From the NCBI GenBank assembly GCA_951406725.2, contig OX597817.1, forward strand, positions 24,552,001-24,616,000: a stretch of 64,000 nt of DNA, in the 5' to 3' direction. The DNA is from Octopus vulgaris. Its lineage: Eukaryota. Positions 22,601 to 36,460 of this stretch are shown piece by piece. Position 1 is the first letter of the stretch. The number at the start of each line of letters is the position of its first letter. The notes beneath the pieces were generated by a model. That model was not told the origin of the DNA, searched no databases, and worked only from the letters and a program-made list of their open reading frames with translations. The translations under genes were made by a program, and so were the position numbers.

Positions 22601-25600
22601 TGCTTTATCCTGTAAATTAACTGTAAGTCCTTATTGCCATACTGTTTTGACCATCATATTGTTCTTTTTCAGTCTTTCCCTTGTCTGCTTTATCCTGTAA
22701 ATTAACTGTAAGTCCTTATTGCCATACTGTTTTGACCATCATATTGTTCTTTTTCAGTCTTTCCCTTGTCTGCTTTATCCGGTAAATTAATTGTAAGTCC
22801 TTATTGCCATACTGTTTTGACCATCAGTTGTTCTTTTCAGTCTTTCCCTTGTCTGCTTTATCCTGTAAATTAACTGTAAGTCCTTATTGCCATACTGTTT
22901 TGACCATCATATTGTAATTTTTCAGTCTTTCCCTTGTCTGCTTTATCCGGTAAATTAATTGTAAGTCCTTATTGCTATACTGTTTTGACCATCATATTGT
23001 TCTTTTTCAGTCTTTCCCTTGTCTGCTTTATCCGGTAAATTAATTGTAAGTCCTTATTGCTATACTGTTTTGTCCATCAAATTGTTCTTTTTCAGTCTTT
23101 CCCATGTCTGCTTTATCCGGTAAATTAACTGTAAGTACTTGTTGCCATACTGTTTTGACCATCATATTGTAATTTTTCAGTCTTTCCCTTGTCTGCTTTA
23201 TCCGGTAAATTAATTGTAAGTCCTTATTGCCATACTGTTTTTACCATCATATTGAACTTTTTCAGTCTTTCCCTTGTCTGCTTTATCCGGTAAATTAATT
23301 GTAAGTACTTATTGCCATACTGTTTTGACCATCATATTGTTCTTTTTCAGTCTTTCCCTTGTCTGCTTTATCCAGTAAATTAATTGTAAGTCCTTATTGC
23401 CATACTGTTTTGACCATCATATTGTTCTTTTTCAGTCTTTCCCTTGTCTGCTTTATCCTGTAAATTAACTGTAAGTCCTTATTGCCATACTGTTTTGACC
23501 ATCATATTGTTCTTTTTCAGTCTTTCCCTTGTCTGCTTTATCCGGTAAATTAACTGTAAGTCCTTATTGCCATACTGTTTTGACCATCATATTGTTCTTT
23601 TTCAGTCTTTCCCTTGTCTGCTTTATCCTGTAAATTAACTGTAAGTCCTTATTGCCATACTGTTTTGACCATCATATTGTTCTTTTTCAGTCTTTCCCTT
23701 GTCTGCTTTATCCGGTAAATTAACTGTAAGTCCTTATTGCCATACTGTTTTGACCATCAAATTGTTCTTTTTCAGTCTTTCCCTTGTCTGCTTTATCCGG
23801 TAAATTAACTGTAAGTACTTATTGCCATACTGTTTTGACCATCATATTGTTCTTTTTCAGTCTTTCCCTTGTCTGCTTTATCCGGTAAATTAACTGTAAG
23901 TCCTTATTGCCATACTGTTTTGACCATCATATTGTTCTTTTTCAGTCTTTCCCTTGTCTGCTTTATCCGGTAAATTAACTGTAAGTCCTTATTGCCATAC
24001 TGTTTTGACCATCATATTGTTCTTTTTCAGTCTTTCCCTTGTCTGCTTAATCCGGTAAATTAACTGTAAGTCCTTATTGCTATACTGTTTTGTCCATCAA
24101 ATTGTTCTTTTTCAGTCTTTCCCTTGTCTGCTTTATCCTGTAAATTAACTGTAAGTCCTTATTGCCATACTGTTTTGACCATCATATTGTTCTTTTCAGT
24201 CTTTCCCTTGTCTGCTTTATCCGGTAAATTAACTGTAAGTCCTTATTGCCATACTGTTTTGACCATCATATTGTTCTTTTTCAGTCTTTCCCTTGTCTGC
24301 TTTATCCGGTAAATTAACTGTAAGTCCTTATTGCCATACTGTTTTGACCATCATATTGTTCTTTTTCAGTCTTTCCCTTGTCTGCTTTATCCGGTAAGTT
24401 AACTGTAAGTCCTTATTGCCATACTGTTTTGACCATCATATTGTACTTTTTCAGTCTTTCCCTTGTCTGCTTTATCCGGTAAATTAACTGTAAGTCCTTA
24501 TTGCCATACTGTTTTGACCATCATATTGTACTTTTTCAGTCTTTCTTTTGTCTGCTTTATCCGGTAAATTAATTGTAAGTACTTATTGCCATACTGTTTT
24601 GACCATCATATTGTTCTTTTTCAGTCTTTCCCTTGTCTGCTTTATCCGTAAATTAACTGTAAGTACTTATTGCCATACTGTTTTGACCATCATATTGTTC
24701 TTTTTCAGTCTTTCCCTTGTCTGCTTTATCCGGTAAATTAACTGTAAGTCCTTATTGCCATACTGTTTTGACCATCATATTGTTCTTTTTCAGTCTTTCC
24801 CTTGTCTGCTTTATCCGGTAAATTAATTGTAAGTCCTTATTGCCATACTGTTTTGACCATCATATTGTTCTTTTTCAGTCTTTCCCTTGTCTGCTTTATC
24901 CGGTAAATTAACTGTAAGTCCTTATTGCCATACTGTTTTGACCATCATATTGTTCTTTTTCAGTCTTTCCCTTGTCTGCTTTATCCGGTAAATTAACTGT
25001 AAGTCCTTATTGCCATACTGTTTTGACCATCATATTGTTCTTTTTCAGTCTTTCCCTTGTCTGCTTTATCCGGTAAATTAACTGTAAGTCCTTATTGCCA
25101 TACTGTTTTGACCATCATATTGTTCTTTTTCAGTCTTTCCCTTGTCTGCTTTATCCGGTAAATTAATTGTAAGTACTTATTGCCATACTGTTTTGACCAT
25201 CATATTGTTCTTTTTCAGTCTTTCCTTGTCTGCTTTATCCGGTAAATTAATTGTAAGTACTTATTGCCATACTGTTTTGACCATCATATTGTTCTTTTTC
25301 AGTCTTTCCCTTGTCTGCTTTATCCTATAAATTAACTGTAAGTACTTATTGCCATACTGTTTTGACCATCATATTGTTCTTTTTCAGTCTTTCCCATGTC
25401 TGCTTTATCCGGTAAATTAACTGTAAGTCCTTATTGCCATACTGTTTTGACCATCATATTGTTCTTTTTCAGTCTTTCCCTTGTCTGCTTTATCCGGTAA
25501 ATTAACTGTAAGTCCTTATTGCCATACTGTTTTGACCATCATATTGTTCTTTTTCAGTCTTTCCCTTGTCTGCTTTATCCGGTAAATTAACTGTAAGTCC

Positions 25601-28600
25601 TTATTGCCATACTGTTTTGACCATCATATTGTACTTTTTCAGTCTTTCCCTTGTCTGCTTAATCCGGTAAATTAACTGTAAGTCCTTATTGCCATACTGT
25701 TTTGACCATCATATTGTTCTTTTTCAGTCTTTCCCATGTCTGCTTTATCCTATAAATTAACTGTAAGTACTTATAGCCATACAGTTTTGACCATCATATT
25801 GTTCTTTTTCAGTCTTTCCTTTGTCTGCTTTATCCGGTAAATTAACTGTAAGTCCTTATTGCCATACTGTTTTGACCATCATATTGTTCTTTTTCAGTCT
25901 TTCCCTTGTCTGCTTTATCCTGTAAATTAACTGTAAGTCCTTATTGCCATACTGTTTTGACCATCATATTGTTCTTTTTCAGTCTTTCCCTTGTCTGCTT
26001 TATCCTGTAAATTAATTGTAAGTACTTATTGCCATACTGTTTTGACCATCATATTGTTCTTTTTCAGTCTTTCCCTTGTCTGCTTTATCCGGTAAATTAA
26101 CTGTAAGTACTTATTGCCATACTGTTTTGACCATCATATTGTTCTTTTTCAGTCTTTCCCTTGTCTGCTTTATCCGGTAAATTAACTGTAAGTACTTATT
26201 GCCATACTGTTTTGACCATCATATTGTTCTTTTTCAGTCTTTCCCTTGTCTGCTTTATCCGGTAAATTAACTGTAAGTACTTATTGCCATATTGTTTTGA
26301 CCATCATATTGTTCTTTTTCAGTCTTTCCCTTGTCTGCTTTATCCGGTAAATTAACTGTAAGTCCTTATTGCCATACTGTTTTGACCATCATATTGTTCT
26401 TTTTCAGTCTTTCCCTTGTCTGCTTTATCCGGTAAATTAACTGTAAGTACTTATTGCCATACTGTTTTGACCATCATATTGTTCTTTTTCAGTCTTTCCC
26501 TTGTCTGCTTTATCCGGTAAATTAACTGTAAGTCCTTATTGCCATACTGTTTTGACCATCATATTGTTCTTTTTCAGTCTTTCCCTTGTCTGCTTTATCC
26601 GGTAAATTAACTGTAAGTCCTTATTGCCATACTGTTTTGACCATCATATTGTTCTTTTTCAGTCTTTCCCTTGTCTGCTTTATCCGGTAAATTAACTGTA
26701 AGTCCTTATTGCCATACTGTTTTGACCATCATATTGTACTTTTTCAGTCTTCCACTTGTCTGCTTTATCCTGTAAATTAACTGTAAGTACTTATTGCCAT
26801 ACTGTTTTGACCATCATATTGTTCTTTTTCAGTCTTTCCCTTGTCTGCTTTATCCGGTAAATTAACTGTAAGTCCTTATTGCCATACTGTTTTGACCATC
26901 ATATTGTTCTTTTTCAGTCTTTCCCTTGTCTGCTTTATCCGGTAAATTAACTGTAAGTCCTTATTGCCATACTGTTTTGACCATCATATTGTTCTTTTTC
27001 AGTCTTTCCCTTGTCTGCTTTATCCTGTAAATTAACTGTAAGTCCTCATTGCCATACTGTTTTGACCATCATATTGTTCTTTTTCAGTCTTTCCCTTGTC
27101 TGCTTTATCCTGTAAATTAACTGTAAGTCCTTATTGCCATACTGTTTTGACCATCATATTGTTCTTTTTCAGTCTTCACTTGTCTGCTTTATCCTGTAAA
27201 TTAACTGTAAGTCCTTATTGCCATACTGTTTTGACCATCATATTGTTCTTTTTCAGTCTTCACTTGTCTGCTTTATCCTATAAATTCACTGTAAGTCCTT
27301 ATTGCCATACGGTTTTGACCATCATATTGTTCTTTTTCAGTCTTCACTTTTCTGCTTTATGCGGTAAATTAACTGTAAGTATTTATTGCCATACGGTTTT
27401 GACCATCATATTGTTCTTTTTCAGTCTTTCCCTTGTCTGCTTTATCCGGTAAATTAAATGTAAGTCCTTATTGCCATATTGTTTTGACCATCATATTGTT
27501 CTTTTTCAGTCTTTCCCTTGTCTGCTTTATCCTGTAAATTAACTGTAAGTCCTTATTGCCATACTGTTTTGACCATCATATTGTTCTTTTTCAGTCTTTC
27601 CCTTGTCTGCTTTATCCGTAAATTAACTGTAAGTCCTTATTGCCATACTGTTTTGACCATCATATTGTTCTTTTTCAGTCTTTCCTTGTCTGCTTTATCC
27701 GGTAAATTAATTGTAAGTACTTATTGCCATACTGTTTTGACCATCATATTGTTCTTTTTCAGTCTTTCCCTTGTCTGCTTTATCCGGTAAATTAATTGTA
27801 AGTACTTATTGCCATACTGTTTTGACCATCATATTGTTCTTTTTCAGTCTTTCCCTTGTCTGCTTTATCCGGTAAATTAACTGTAAGTCCTTATTGCCAT
27901 ACTGTTTGACCATCATATTGTTCTTTTCAGTCTTCACTTGTCTGCTATTGATTTTGCCTTATTGCCATACTGTTTTGACCATCATATTGTTCTTTTTCAG
28001 TCTTCCTTGTCTGCTTTATCTTAAATTATGTAAGTCCTTATTGCCATACGTTTGCCATCATATTGTTCTTTTCGCTTCTTCTGCTTTATCGTAAATTAAC
28101 TGTAAGTTTATTGCCATACTGTTTTGACCATCATATTGTTCTTTTTCAGTCTTTCCTTGTCTGCTTTATCGTAAATTAACTGTAAGTCCTTATTGCCATA
28201 CTGTTTTGACCATCATATTGTTCTTTTTCAGTCTTTCCCTTGTCTGCTTTATCCGGTAAATTAACTGTAAGTCCTTATTGCCATACTGTTTTGACCATCA
28301 TATTGTACTTTTTCAGTCTTTCCCTTGTCTGCTTTATCCGTAAATTAATTGTAAGTACTTATTGCCATACTGTTTTGACCATCATATTGTTCTTTTTCAG
28401 TCTTCACTTGTCTGCTTTATCCGGTAAATTAATTGTAAGTCCTTATTGCCATACTGTTTTGACCATCATATTGTTCTTTTTCAGTCTTCACTTGTCTGCT
28501 TTATCCTGTCAATTAGCTCTAAGTCCTTATTGCCATACTGTTTTGACCATCATATTGTACTTTTTCAGTCTTCCTTTTGTCTGCTTTTTCCGGTAAATTA

Positions 28601-30862
28601 ATTGTAAGTACTTATTGCCATACTGTTTTGACCATCATATTGTTCTTTTTCAGTCTTCACTTGTCTGCATAATCCTGTAAATTCCCTGTAAGTCCTTATT
28701 GCCATACTGTTTTGACCATCATATTTTTCTTTTTCAGTCTTTCCCTTGTCTGCTTTATCCTGTAAATTAACTGTAAGTACTTAATGCAATATTGTTTTGA
28801 CCATCGTATCGTTCTTTTTCAGTCTTTCCCTTGGCTGCTTTATCCTGTAAATTAAATGTAAATCCTTATTGCGATATTGTTTTGAGCATCATATTGTTCT
28901 TTTTCAGTCTTTCCCTTGTCTGCTTTATCCGGTAAATTAACTGTAAGTCCTTATTGCCATACTGTTTTGACCATCATATTGTTCTTTTTCAGTCATTCAC
29001 TTGTAAGCTTTATCCAGTAAATTAACTGTAAGTCCTTATTGCCATACTGTTTGGCCATCATATTGTACTTTTTCAGTCTTTCTTTTGTCTGCTTTTTCCG
29101 GTAAATTAACTGTAAGTCCTTATTGCCATACTGTTTTGACCATATTGTTTTTTTCAGTCTTCACTTGTTTGCATTATCCTGTAAATTCACTTTAAGTCCT
29201 TATTGCCATACTGTTTTGACCATCATATTGTTCTTTTTCAGTCTTCCTTGTCTGCATTATCCTGTAAATTCACTGGAAGTCCTTATTGCCATACTGTTTT
29301 TACCATCATATTTTCTTTTTCAGTCTTCACTTGTCTGCTTTATCCTGTAAATTAACTGTAAGTCCTTATTGCCATACTGTATGACCATCTTATTGTTCTT
29401 TTTCAGTCTTCACTTGTCTGCATTATCCTGTAAATTCACTGTAAGTCCTTATTGCCATACTGTTTTTACCATCATATTGTTCTTTTTCAGTCTTCTCTTG
29501 TCTGCATAATCCTGTAACTTAATTGTAAGTCCTTATTGCCATACTGTTTTGACCATCATATTGTTCTTTTTCAGTCTTTCCCTTGTCTGCTTTATGCGGT
29601 AAATTAACTGTAAGTCCTTATTGCCATACTGTTTTGACCATCATATTGTTCTTTTTCAGTCATTCCCTTGTCTGCTTTTTCCGGTAAAGTAACTGTGAGT
29701 CCTTATTGCCATACTGTTTTGACCATCATATACTACTTTTTCATTCTTTCCCTTGTCTGCTTTATCCGGTAAATTAACTGTAGGTCCTTATTGCCATACT
29801 GTTTTGACCATCATATTGTTCTTTTTCAGTCTTTCCCTTGTCTGCTTTATCCAGTAAATTAACTGTAAGTCCTTATTGCCATACGGTTTTGACCATCATA
29901 TTGTTCTTTTTCAGTCTTCACTTGTCTGCATTATCCTGTAAATTCACTTTAAGTCCTTATTGCCATACTGTATGACCTTCTTATTGTTCTTTTTCAGTCT
30001 TCACTTGTCTGCATTATCCTGTAAATTCACTGTAAGTCCTTATTGCCATACTGTTTTGACCATCTTATTGTTCTTTTTCAGTCTTCACTTGTCTGCTTTA
30101 TCCTGTAAATTAACTGTAAGTCCTTATTGCCATACTGTTTTGACCATCATATTGTTCTTTTTCAATCTTCACTTGTCTGCATTATCCTGTAAATTCACTG
30201 GAAGTCCTTATTGCCATACTGTTTTTACCATCATATTTTTCTTTTTCAGTCTTCACTTGTCTGCATAATCCTGTAAATTCACTGTAAGTCCTTATTGCCA
30301 TACTGTTTTGACCATCATATTGTTCTTTTTCAGTCTTCACTTGTCTGCATTATCCTGTAAATTCACTGTAAGTCCTTATTGCCATACTGTTTTTACCATC
30401 ATATTGTTCTTTTTCAGTCTTCACTTGTCTGCATAATCCTGTAAATTCACTGTAAGTCTTTATTGCCATACTGTTTTGACCATCATATTGTTGTTTTTTA
30501 TTCTTCACTTGTCTGCTTTATCCTGTAAATTAACTGTAAGTCCTTATTGCCCTACTGTATGACCATCTTATTGTTCTTTTTCAGTCTTCACTTGTCTGCA
30601 TTATCCTGTAAATTCCCTGTAAGTCCTTATTGCCATACTGTTTTTACCATCATATTGTTCTTTTTCAGTCTTCACTTGTCTGCATAATCCTGTAAATTCA
30701 ATGTAAGTCCTTATTGCCTTCCTTTTTTTACCATCATATTGTTCTTTTTCAGTCTTTTCCTTGTCTGCTTTTTCCTGTAAATTAACTGTAAGTCCTTATT
30801 ACCATACTGTTTTGGCCATCATATTGTTCTTTTTCAGTCTTTCCCATGTCTGCTTTATCCTC
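16629..30862. repeat. tandem satellite, about 167 units of 84-86 bp
   Basis: Unit TTGCCATACTGTT(G/T)TGACCATCA(A/T)ATTGTTCTTTTT(G/C)AGTCTTTCCC(A/T)TGTCTGCTTTATCC...; period counted as 86 (17241 to 17327), 85 (20941 to 21026) and 84 distally; copy number is length/85. Confidence 0.98.
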
Positions 30863-32284
30863 AATTATAGAGAAGGACGATTTTCTTAAATTGTTGCATT
30901 ACGTTGCCGTAGATTGCATTAAATAAATGTTGTATTAAATAAATGCAACCCGATTCTATCATTTTGTATTGTGAATGTTTTTGAAGCGTAATCAAATTTT
31001 ATAAACAGTACAGTTTTTACAATTCTTTTCAACACCACTAGCTATTAAAATGGCCCACGTAGTAGCAATCAGTTGACTACGTGCTTGACCCAGGTTGAAT
31101 TGATGTTAGTCTTTTAATTTCTATGAAGAAATTTTAAACACCATGTTTTTAGGAAGGTTATAATTGAATTGACTATATTATTACATTTCTTCAGGTTTTC
31201 TAGTCTATAAGTTCGTAAATACTTCCTATAAAAATGACTTAGTACAAGAGCTGAATTAGTCATTGATTCAGAAAGAAATTTCAAAGCTTGGAGCAAAAGT
31301 CTCTTCCCTACTTAGCAATGGAGAGGGAGGTTTGTAATGTATGGTATATAACAAAAACAGGTTAGAGAATCATCCATTACATTTACTGGCAACAAAACGC
31401 TTCTTGCTTTCTCTTGCTAAGAAACGGCTGAATGAACAATGTGTGGGCTCTGTGCAATGTTGTGTTGGCTTTGAATATGGAGAATTTTCAAAGTTTGAGA
31501 AAGAATGTGGGAACATGCTGTGTTAGAAGTTCATTGTTTCTACATGTGCATAATCATATAGATATAAAATGTGGTGAGTAGAATGGTGATTGAGATTTTG
31601 ATGCATAATATCTATAATTAGATATATAGAGAGAGGATAATTGTTGGCTCTATTCAAGGCTCTTTATCACTTAGTCAGTGTAAGAAGGACAGAACTCACG
31701 ATTCTTTTCAGGACATCCTAAAATGGTAGAAGAAAAGAGTAGTTACCTCCAGACCAATGACCTGGTCTTAATATTTACAACCATGTTTATTTTACTAAAA
31801 GCATTCACTGGAGTTAAATTGTGTGATGCATTAAGCCTACTACCTAATAATATAAAATGACCCTCTTATAGGCTTCCCTGCCATTTCTGTTCAAATTTCA
31901 CTCACAAAGTTTCAATTAACTTACTGTAGTTAAAGTCACTTACCTAGGTCACTGCCCACAGGTATGTCATTGAAACCATGCAGTCACACAGCCATTCCTT
32001 ACACCTATCTCTAGATAACTTGAAACACATATTTAACTGTTATACGCATTGGGAATGCCATACTGCTGATAGGTGTTGATGTTAAACTTAAATTCCATGA
32101 ACCAAAACAACATCTGTAATATTATTTAGGTGCTATATCATTAGAAAATATGGGGAATGTTCTACCTTATTTATTGTTGATGTCAGACGACTTGCTTTAA
32201 TCAATATCTACAATATGTGAGTTATTTCAAATTACTTATGGAAAAACTATCCACAAGATAAATAGTTAAAATGGCTGAATCATC

Positions 32285-32540
32285 ATTATAATCATCATCA
32301 TCATCATCGTTTAACGTCTATTTTCCATGCTAGCATGGGTTGGGTAGTTCGACCGGGGTCTGGGAAGCCAGGAGGCTGCACCAGGCTCCAGTCTGATCTG
32401 GCAGTGTTTCTACAACTGGATGCCCTTCCTAATGCCAATCACTCTGTGAGTGTAATGGATGCTTTTTACGTGCCACCAGCACAGGGGCCAGGGGAGCCTG
32501 GCAATGACCACAATCGATTAATGCTTTTTATGTGCCACCA
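32285..32540 (-). mobile_element. SINE-like family C
   Basis: (CAT)nCGTTTAACGTC...GGATGCCCTTCCTAATGCC. Confidence 0.85.
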
Positions 32541-33737
32541 AATGTATTGTATTATTATTTAAAGTATCATATTCAGTTTGAATGAAGCAATGTGTATGAA
32601 GAAACTAGTCAGCATGGATAAGTGAGATAAGTAAGAAGATATGATTAAAGTAACATATAATACTTTTAACAGGTACAAGGCCTCAAATTTGAGGAGGAAT
32701 GTAAGTGATTGTATCAACCCAGTACTTGACTAAGACTTTAATAATCCTACAAGGATAAAACCACAACTGACCTTTAGAATATTTAAACTCAGAATGTAAA
32801 GAAATGCAACAAAATACTACAAACATTTATCCAACAATTTGTTTCTGGAATTCATTATCTTTAGATTTCCTGTTAATTAGGAAAATGGTAAATTTAGGAA
32901 AAAGTGAATAATTTTTAGATTTATCTTTCCCATATCTGATAGCAAGCAAAACACATAACCACTGACTGAAAAGCTGTTAAAATTATTCAGTGCTTTGACC
33001 CTATCTTTATGTTCTTAATGTATTCAATATGATGTACTATCCAGATTCATTGTCACATGTCACCTAAATAATAAGATCTTAACCATGCTATTTGATGTGG
33101 AAAATAACTGCTACGTTATTTACAGAGCCTTATAAGTTTATACATTTGTCAGTTTCATACGTGAATATGTTTTAGGGAGAGACTCCAGAATAAAACAAAA
33201 AAACGTGTTCAAATATGTTTTATCTTTATTATTTGAACATGTCACATGAGATAGCTCTCCTATATGGTAACACGATAGCAACCTGTTGATTTCAGAAAGT
33301 TTCTAAAAAAATAGTAAAATCTGATGTTATCCATGAAATAGCTGTCTGTAGATATTGCAAATATACTTGCAGAAGAAAGTGCAGCATGATAAAATAAAAT
33401 TTGCATCTTTACACACAAAAATGTGTGTACAGCAAAAGAAAATGTTGAACGTGAATACATACTGTAAAAATATTGCCAAAGTTTGCTGGGAAATGTATAT
33501 AAGAGAACAAGAAAAAGTTCAGCCCAAAGAAAGCTCAAAGCTTAATGGTGATGCAAAAAGGAAGATTGCGTACATAGAAATATGTGTATGCCCAGGCAAA
33601 TATTATGCAGGGAATAAAATTCCCAAATAAAAATTTTAATGACATGTGTATGAAAATACTGCACTACACATGGATTTAATGAGCAACAACACAACCCTAC
33701 TAAAATAGAGGGAAATGACCTTAAATAATGTCAAGTT

Positions 33738-34108
33738 GGCGCAGGAGTGGCTGTGTGGTAAGTAGCTTGCTTACCAACCACATGGTTCCGGGTTCAGTCC
33801 CACTGCATGGCACCTTGGGCAAGTGTCTTCTACTATAGCCTCGGGCCGACCAATGCCTTGTGAGTGGATTTGGTAGACGGAAACTGAAAGAAGCCCGTCG
33901 TATATATATATATATGTGTGTGTGTTTGTCCCCCTAGCATTGCTTGACAACCGATGCTGGTGTGTTTATGTCCCTGTCACTTAGCGGTTCGGCAAATAAG
34001 TACTGGGCTTACAAAGAATAAGTCCCGGGGTCGAGTTGCTCGACTAAAGGCGGTGCTCCAGCATGGCCGCAGTCAAATGACTGAAACAAGTAAAAGAGTA
34101 AAAGAGTA
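33738..34108 (+). mobile_element. SINE family A (full length, young)
   Basis: GGCGCAGGAGTGGCTGTGTGG to (GTAAAAGA)2. Confidence 0.92.
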
Positions 34109-34423
34109 GGCTCTAGAAAGTCCCTATACTTATGCAAAATAAGTTTTAATTAAGTTACATGAAAAAATAGGATAAGTTTTTTTTTACCTCAATATTTCAG
34201 TAGTTATGAGATTTTCCTCAATATTTCAATAGTTACGAGATTTGACTTTACATTTGATAGTAAATATTCAACTCTAAAATAACAAATCTACCGTGATTAT
34301 AACTACAAGTCTACATCAGCACCACCATGAAGAAAGTTCACTAGCCAGCAATAGTAAGGAGGAGGAGACAAAACAGAGACCACTAAGAATACACATGAAA
34401 TATATACATTTGTGTGTGTGTAT

Positions 34424-34818
34424 ATACTCTTTTACTTGTTTCAGTCATCTGACTGCGGCCATGCTGGAGCACTGCTTTTTTTTTTTTTAATCAAGCAATT
34501 CGACCCCAGGACTTATTCTTTTTGTAAGCCCAGTACTTATTCTATCGGTCTCTTTTGCCGAACCACTAAGTAACGGGGACATAAACACACCAGCATCGGT
34601 TGTCAAGCAATGCTAGGGGGACAGACACAGACACACAAACACACACACGCATATATATATATACATATATACGACGGCCTTCTTTCAGATTCCGTCTACC
34701 AAATCCACTCACAAGGCTTTGGTCGGCCCGAGGCTATAGTAGAAGACACTTGCCCAAGGTGCCACACAGTGGGACTGAACCCGGAACCATGTGGTTGGTA
34801 AACAAGCTACTTACCACA
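34424..34818 (-). mobile_element. SINE family A
   Basis: Matches family A; tail-to-tail with the 33738 copy. Confidence 0.9.
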
Positions 34819-35044
34819 TATATATATATAATCTCTATATGTGTGTGTGTTAAACAAAATGAGACAATAAAGCCAAAGCAGTGTGAAATTTCTGGGGCAT
34901 TTATAAAGACAAAGGTAGCCTTACAACTGTTTCAGAGATATGTGGGATATCCCTTCATCAGAAACGATATGAGAGAGTTAAATAGCATTTACATAGCCTT
35001 ACCTGCCATTTGGGGTCTTTTGGATACCAAAACCTCTCATATAT

Positions 35045-35309
35045 CATGATCATCATTTAACGTCCGCTTTCCATGCTAGCATGGCTTGGGGGATTTGACT
35101 GAGGTCTGGCAAACCAGGTGGCTGCACCAGACTCCAATCCGATCTGGCAGAGTTTCTACAGCTGGATGCCATCCCTAACGCCAACCACTCCGGTTGGTCA
35201 GCGACAGGGTATATCAGAAGACACTTATCCAAGGTCCCACACTGTGGGATTGAACCCAGGATTATGTGGTTTGGAAGAAAGCTGCTTACCATACAGCCAC
35301 ACCTGCACC
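35045..35309 (-). mobile_element. family C 3' part joined to an old family A head
   Basis: Family C sequence at about 35045-35195, then AGAAGACACTT...CAGCCACACCTGCACC. Confidence 0.7.
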
Positions 35310-35337
35310 TATATATAAGTCAAGGTATATATATATA

Positions 35338-35570
35338 TTTCTTTACTATCTACAAGGGGCTAAACATATAGGGGGGGACAAACAAGGACAGACAAACGGA
35401 TTAAGTCGATTACATCGACCCCAGTGCAAAATTGGTACTTTATTTATCGACCCCGAAAGGATGAAAGGCAAAGTCTACCTCGGCGGAATTTGAACTCAGA
35501 ACGTAACGTCAGACGAACTACCGCTAAGCATTTCGCCCGGCGCGCTAACATTTCTGCCAGCTCGCTGCCT
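35338..35570 (-). mobile_element. SINE family B (full length)
   Basis: Matches family B; GTCAAGGTATATA duplicated on both flanks. Confidence 0.9.
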
Positions 35571-36175
35571 TATGTCAAGGTATATATATATATATCATTT
35601 ATATGCATATGTAGGGGAATTTGTTTTGGGATTTGAAAATGCACCTGAATCTGATAAATGTGTGGTTGTTCTTAAATAGATTTATTCATATACCAAACTA
35701 GTTTCAGCAATTTTTTGATTATCAATGGTACAAATATATATATATTTAAAAAAGGTGGGATTTAAGAGAGTTTTAAATTACAAAGTAAAAATTGGACAGA
35801 TATCTTTAAATCATCAAGTATTCAAATGTTCACAGAAGTTTTAATGATTTTAACAGAGCTAGATAGTTAATATTAATGCTAAGCAAAGATCGCAACAAAT
35901 GTACATTATTGAAAGTTCAGTCATATTGAGTTTTATAAAAGTGAAGAAGAAAGAGAAAATAGAGAGAAAGAAAAAATGTTTTTTTTTTACCATTTCTGTC
36001 GTGGTGCGTATAGTTCTTTTTTCAGTTTCAATCTCAGTGCACTGGCCTCTTCACCTTTCAAGGCTTGTGGGAATAGTAAGATACTTTGTGTTCAATCTTT
36101 TAGTATATATACATATATACATGGGAATACACTTCTTTCCATATATATATATATATATATATTATTCTTTCCATA

Positions 36176-36460
36176 TCATCATCATCGTCGTCGTTTAGCG
36201 TCCGTTTTCCATGCTAGCATGGGTTGGACAGTTCTACTGGGGTCTGTGAAGCCAGAAGGCTTCATCAGGCCCAGTCAAATCTGGCAGTGTTTCTACGGCT
36301 GGATGCCCTTCCTAATGCCAACCACTCCGTGAGTGTAGTGGGTGCTTTTTACGTGCCACCCGCACAGGTGCCAGACCCAGCTGGCAAACGGCCACGAACG
36401 GATGGTGCTTTTTATGTGCCACCGGCACGAGGGCCAGCCGAGGCTGGCAATGGACATGAA
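36176..36460 (-). mobile_element. SINE-like family C
   Basis: Family C core with two 5' modules; TATTATTCTTTCCATAT repeated on both sides. Confidence 0.85.

Noticed and set aside
27890-28200. Burst of deletions within the satellite
   Set aside because: Many scattered small deletions in a short span look like low-quality long-read consensus; cannot be trusted without reads.
16586-30268. Repetitive ORFs inside the satellite
   Set aside because: Most units are 85-86 bp (not multiples of 3) with stops; ORFs appear only where chance indels or 84-bp units keep a frame briefly open.
16629-30862. Satellite as a CRISPR-like array
   Set aside because: Units are contiguous near-identical monomers with no unique spacers, there are no cas genes, and the context is eukaryotic.
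33170-34130. Possible DNA transposon bounded by TAGGGA...TCCCTA
   Set aside because: The inverted match is short and imperfect, and I recognise no transposase motif in the internal ORFs.
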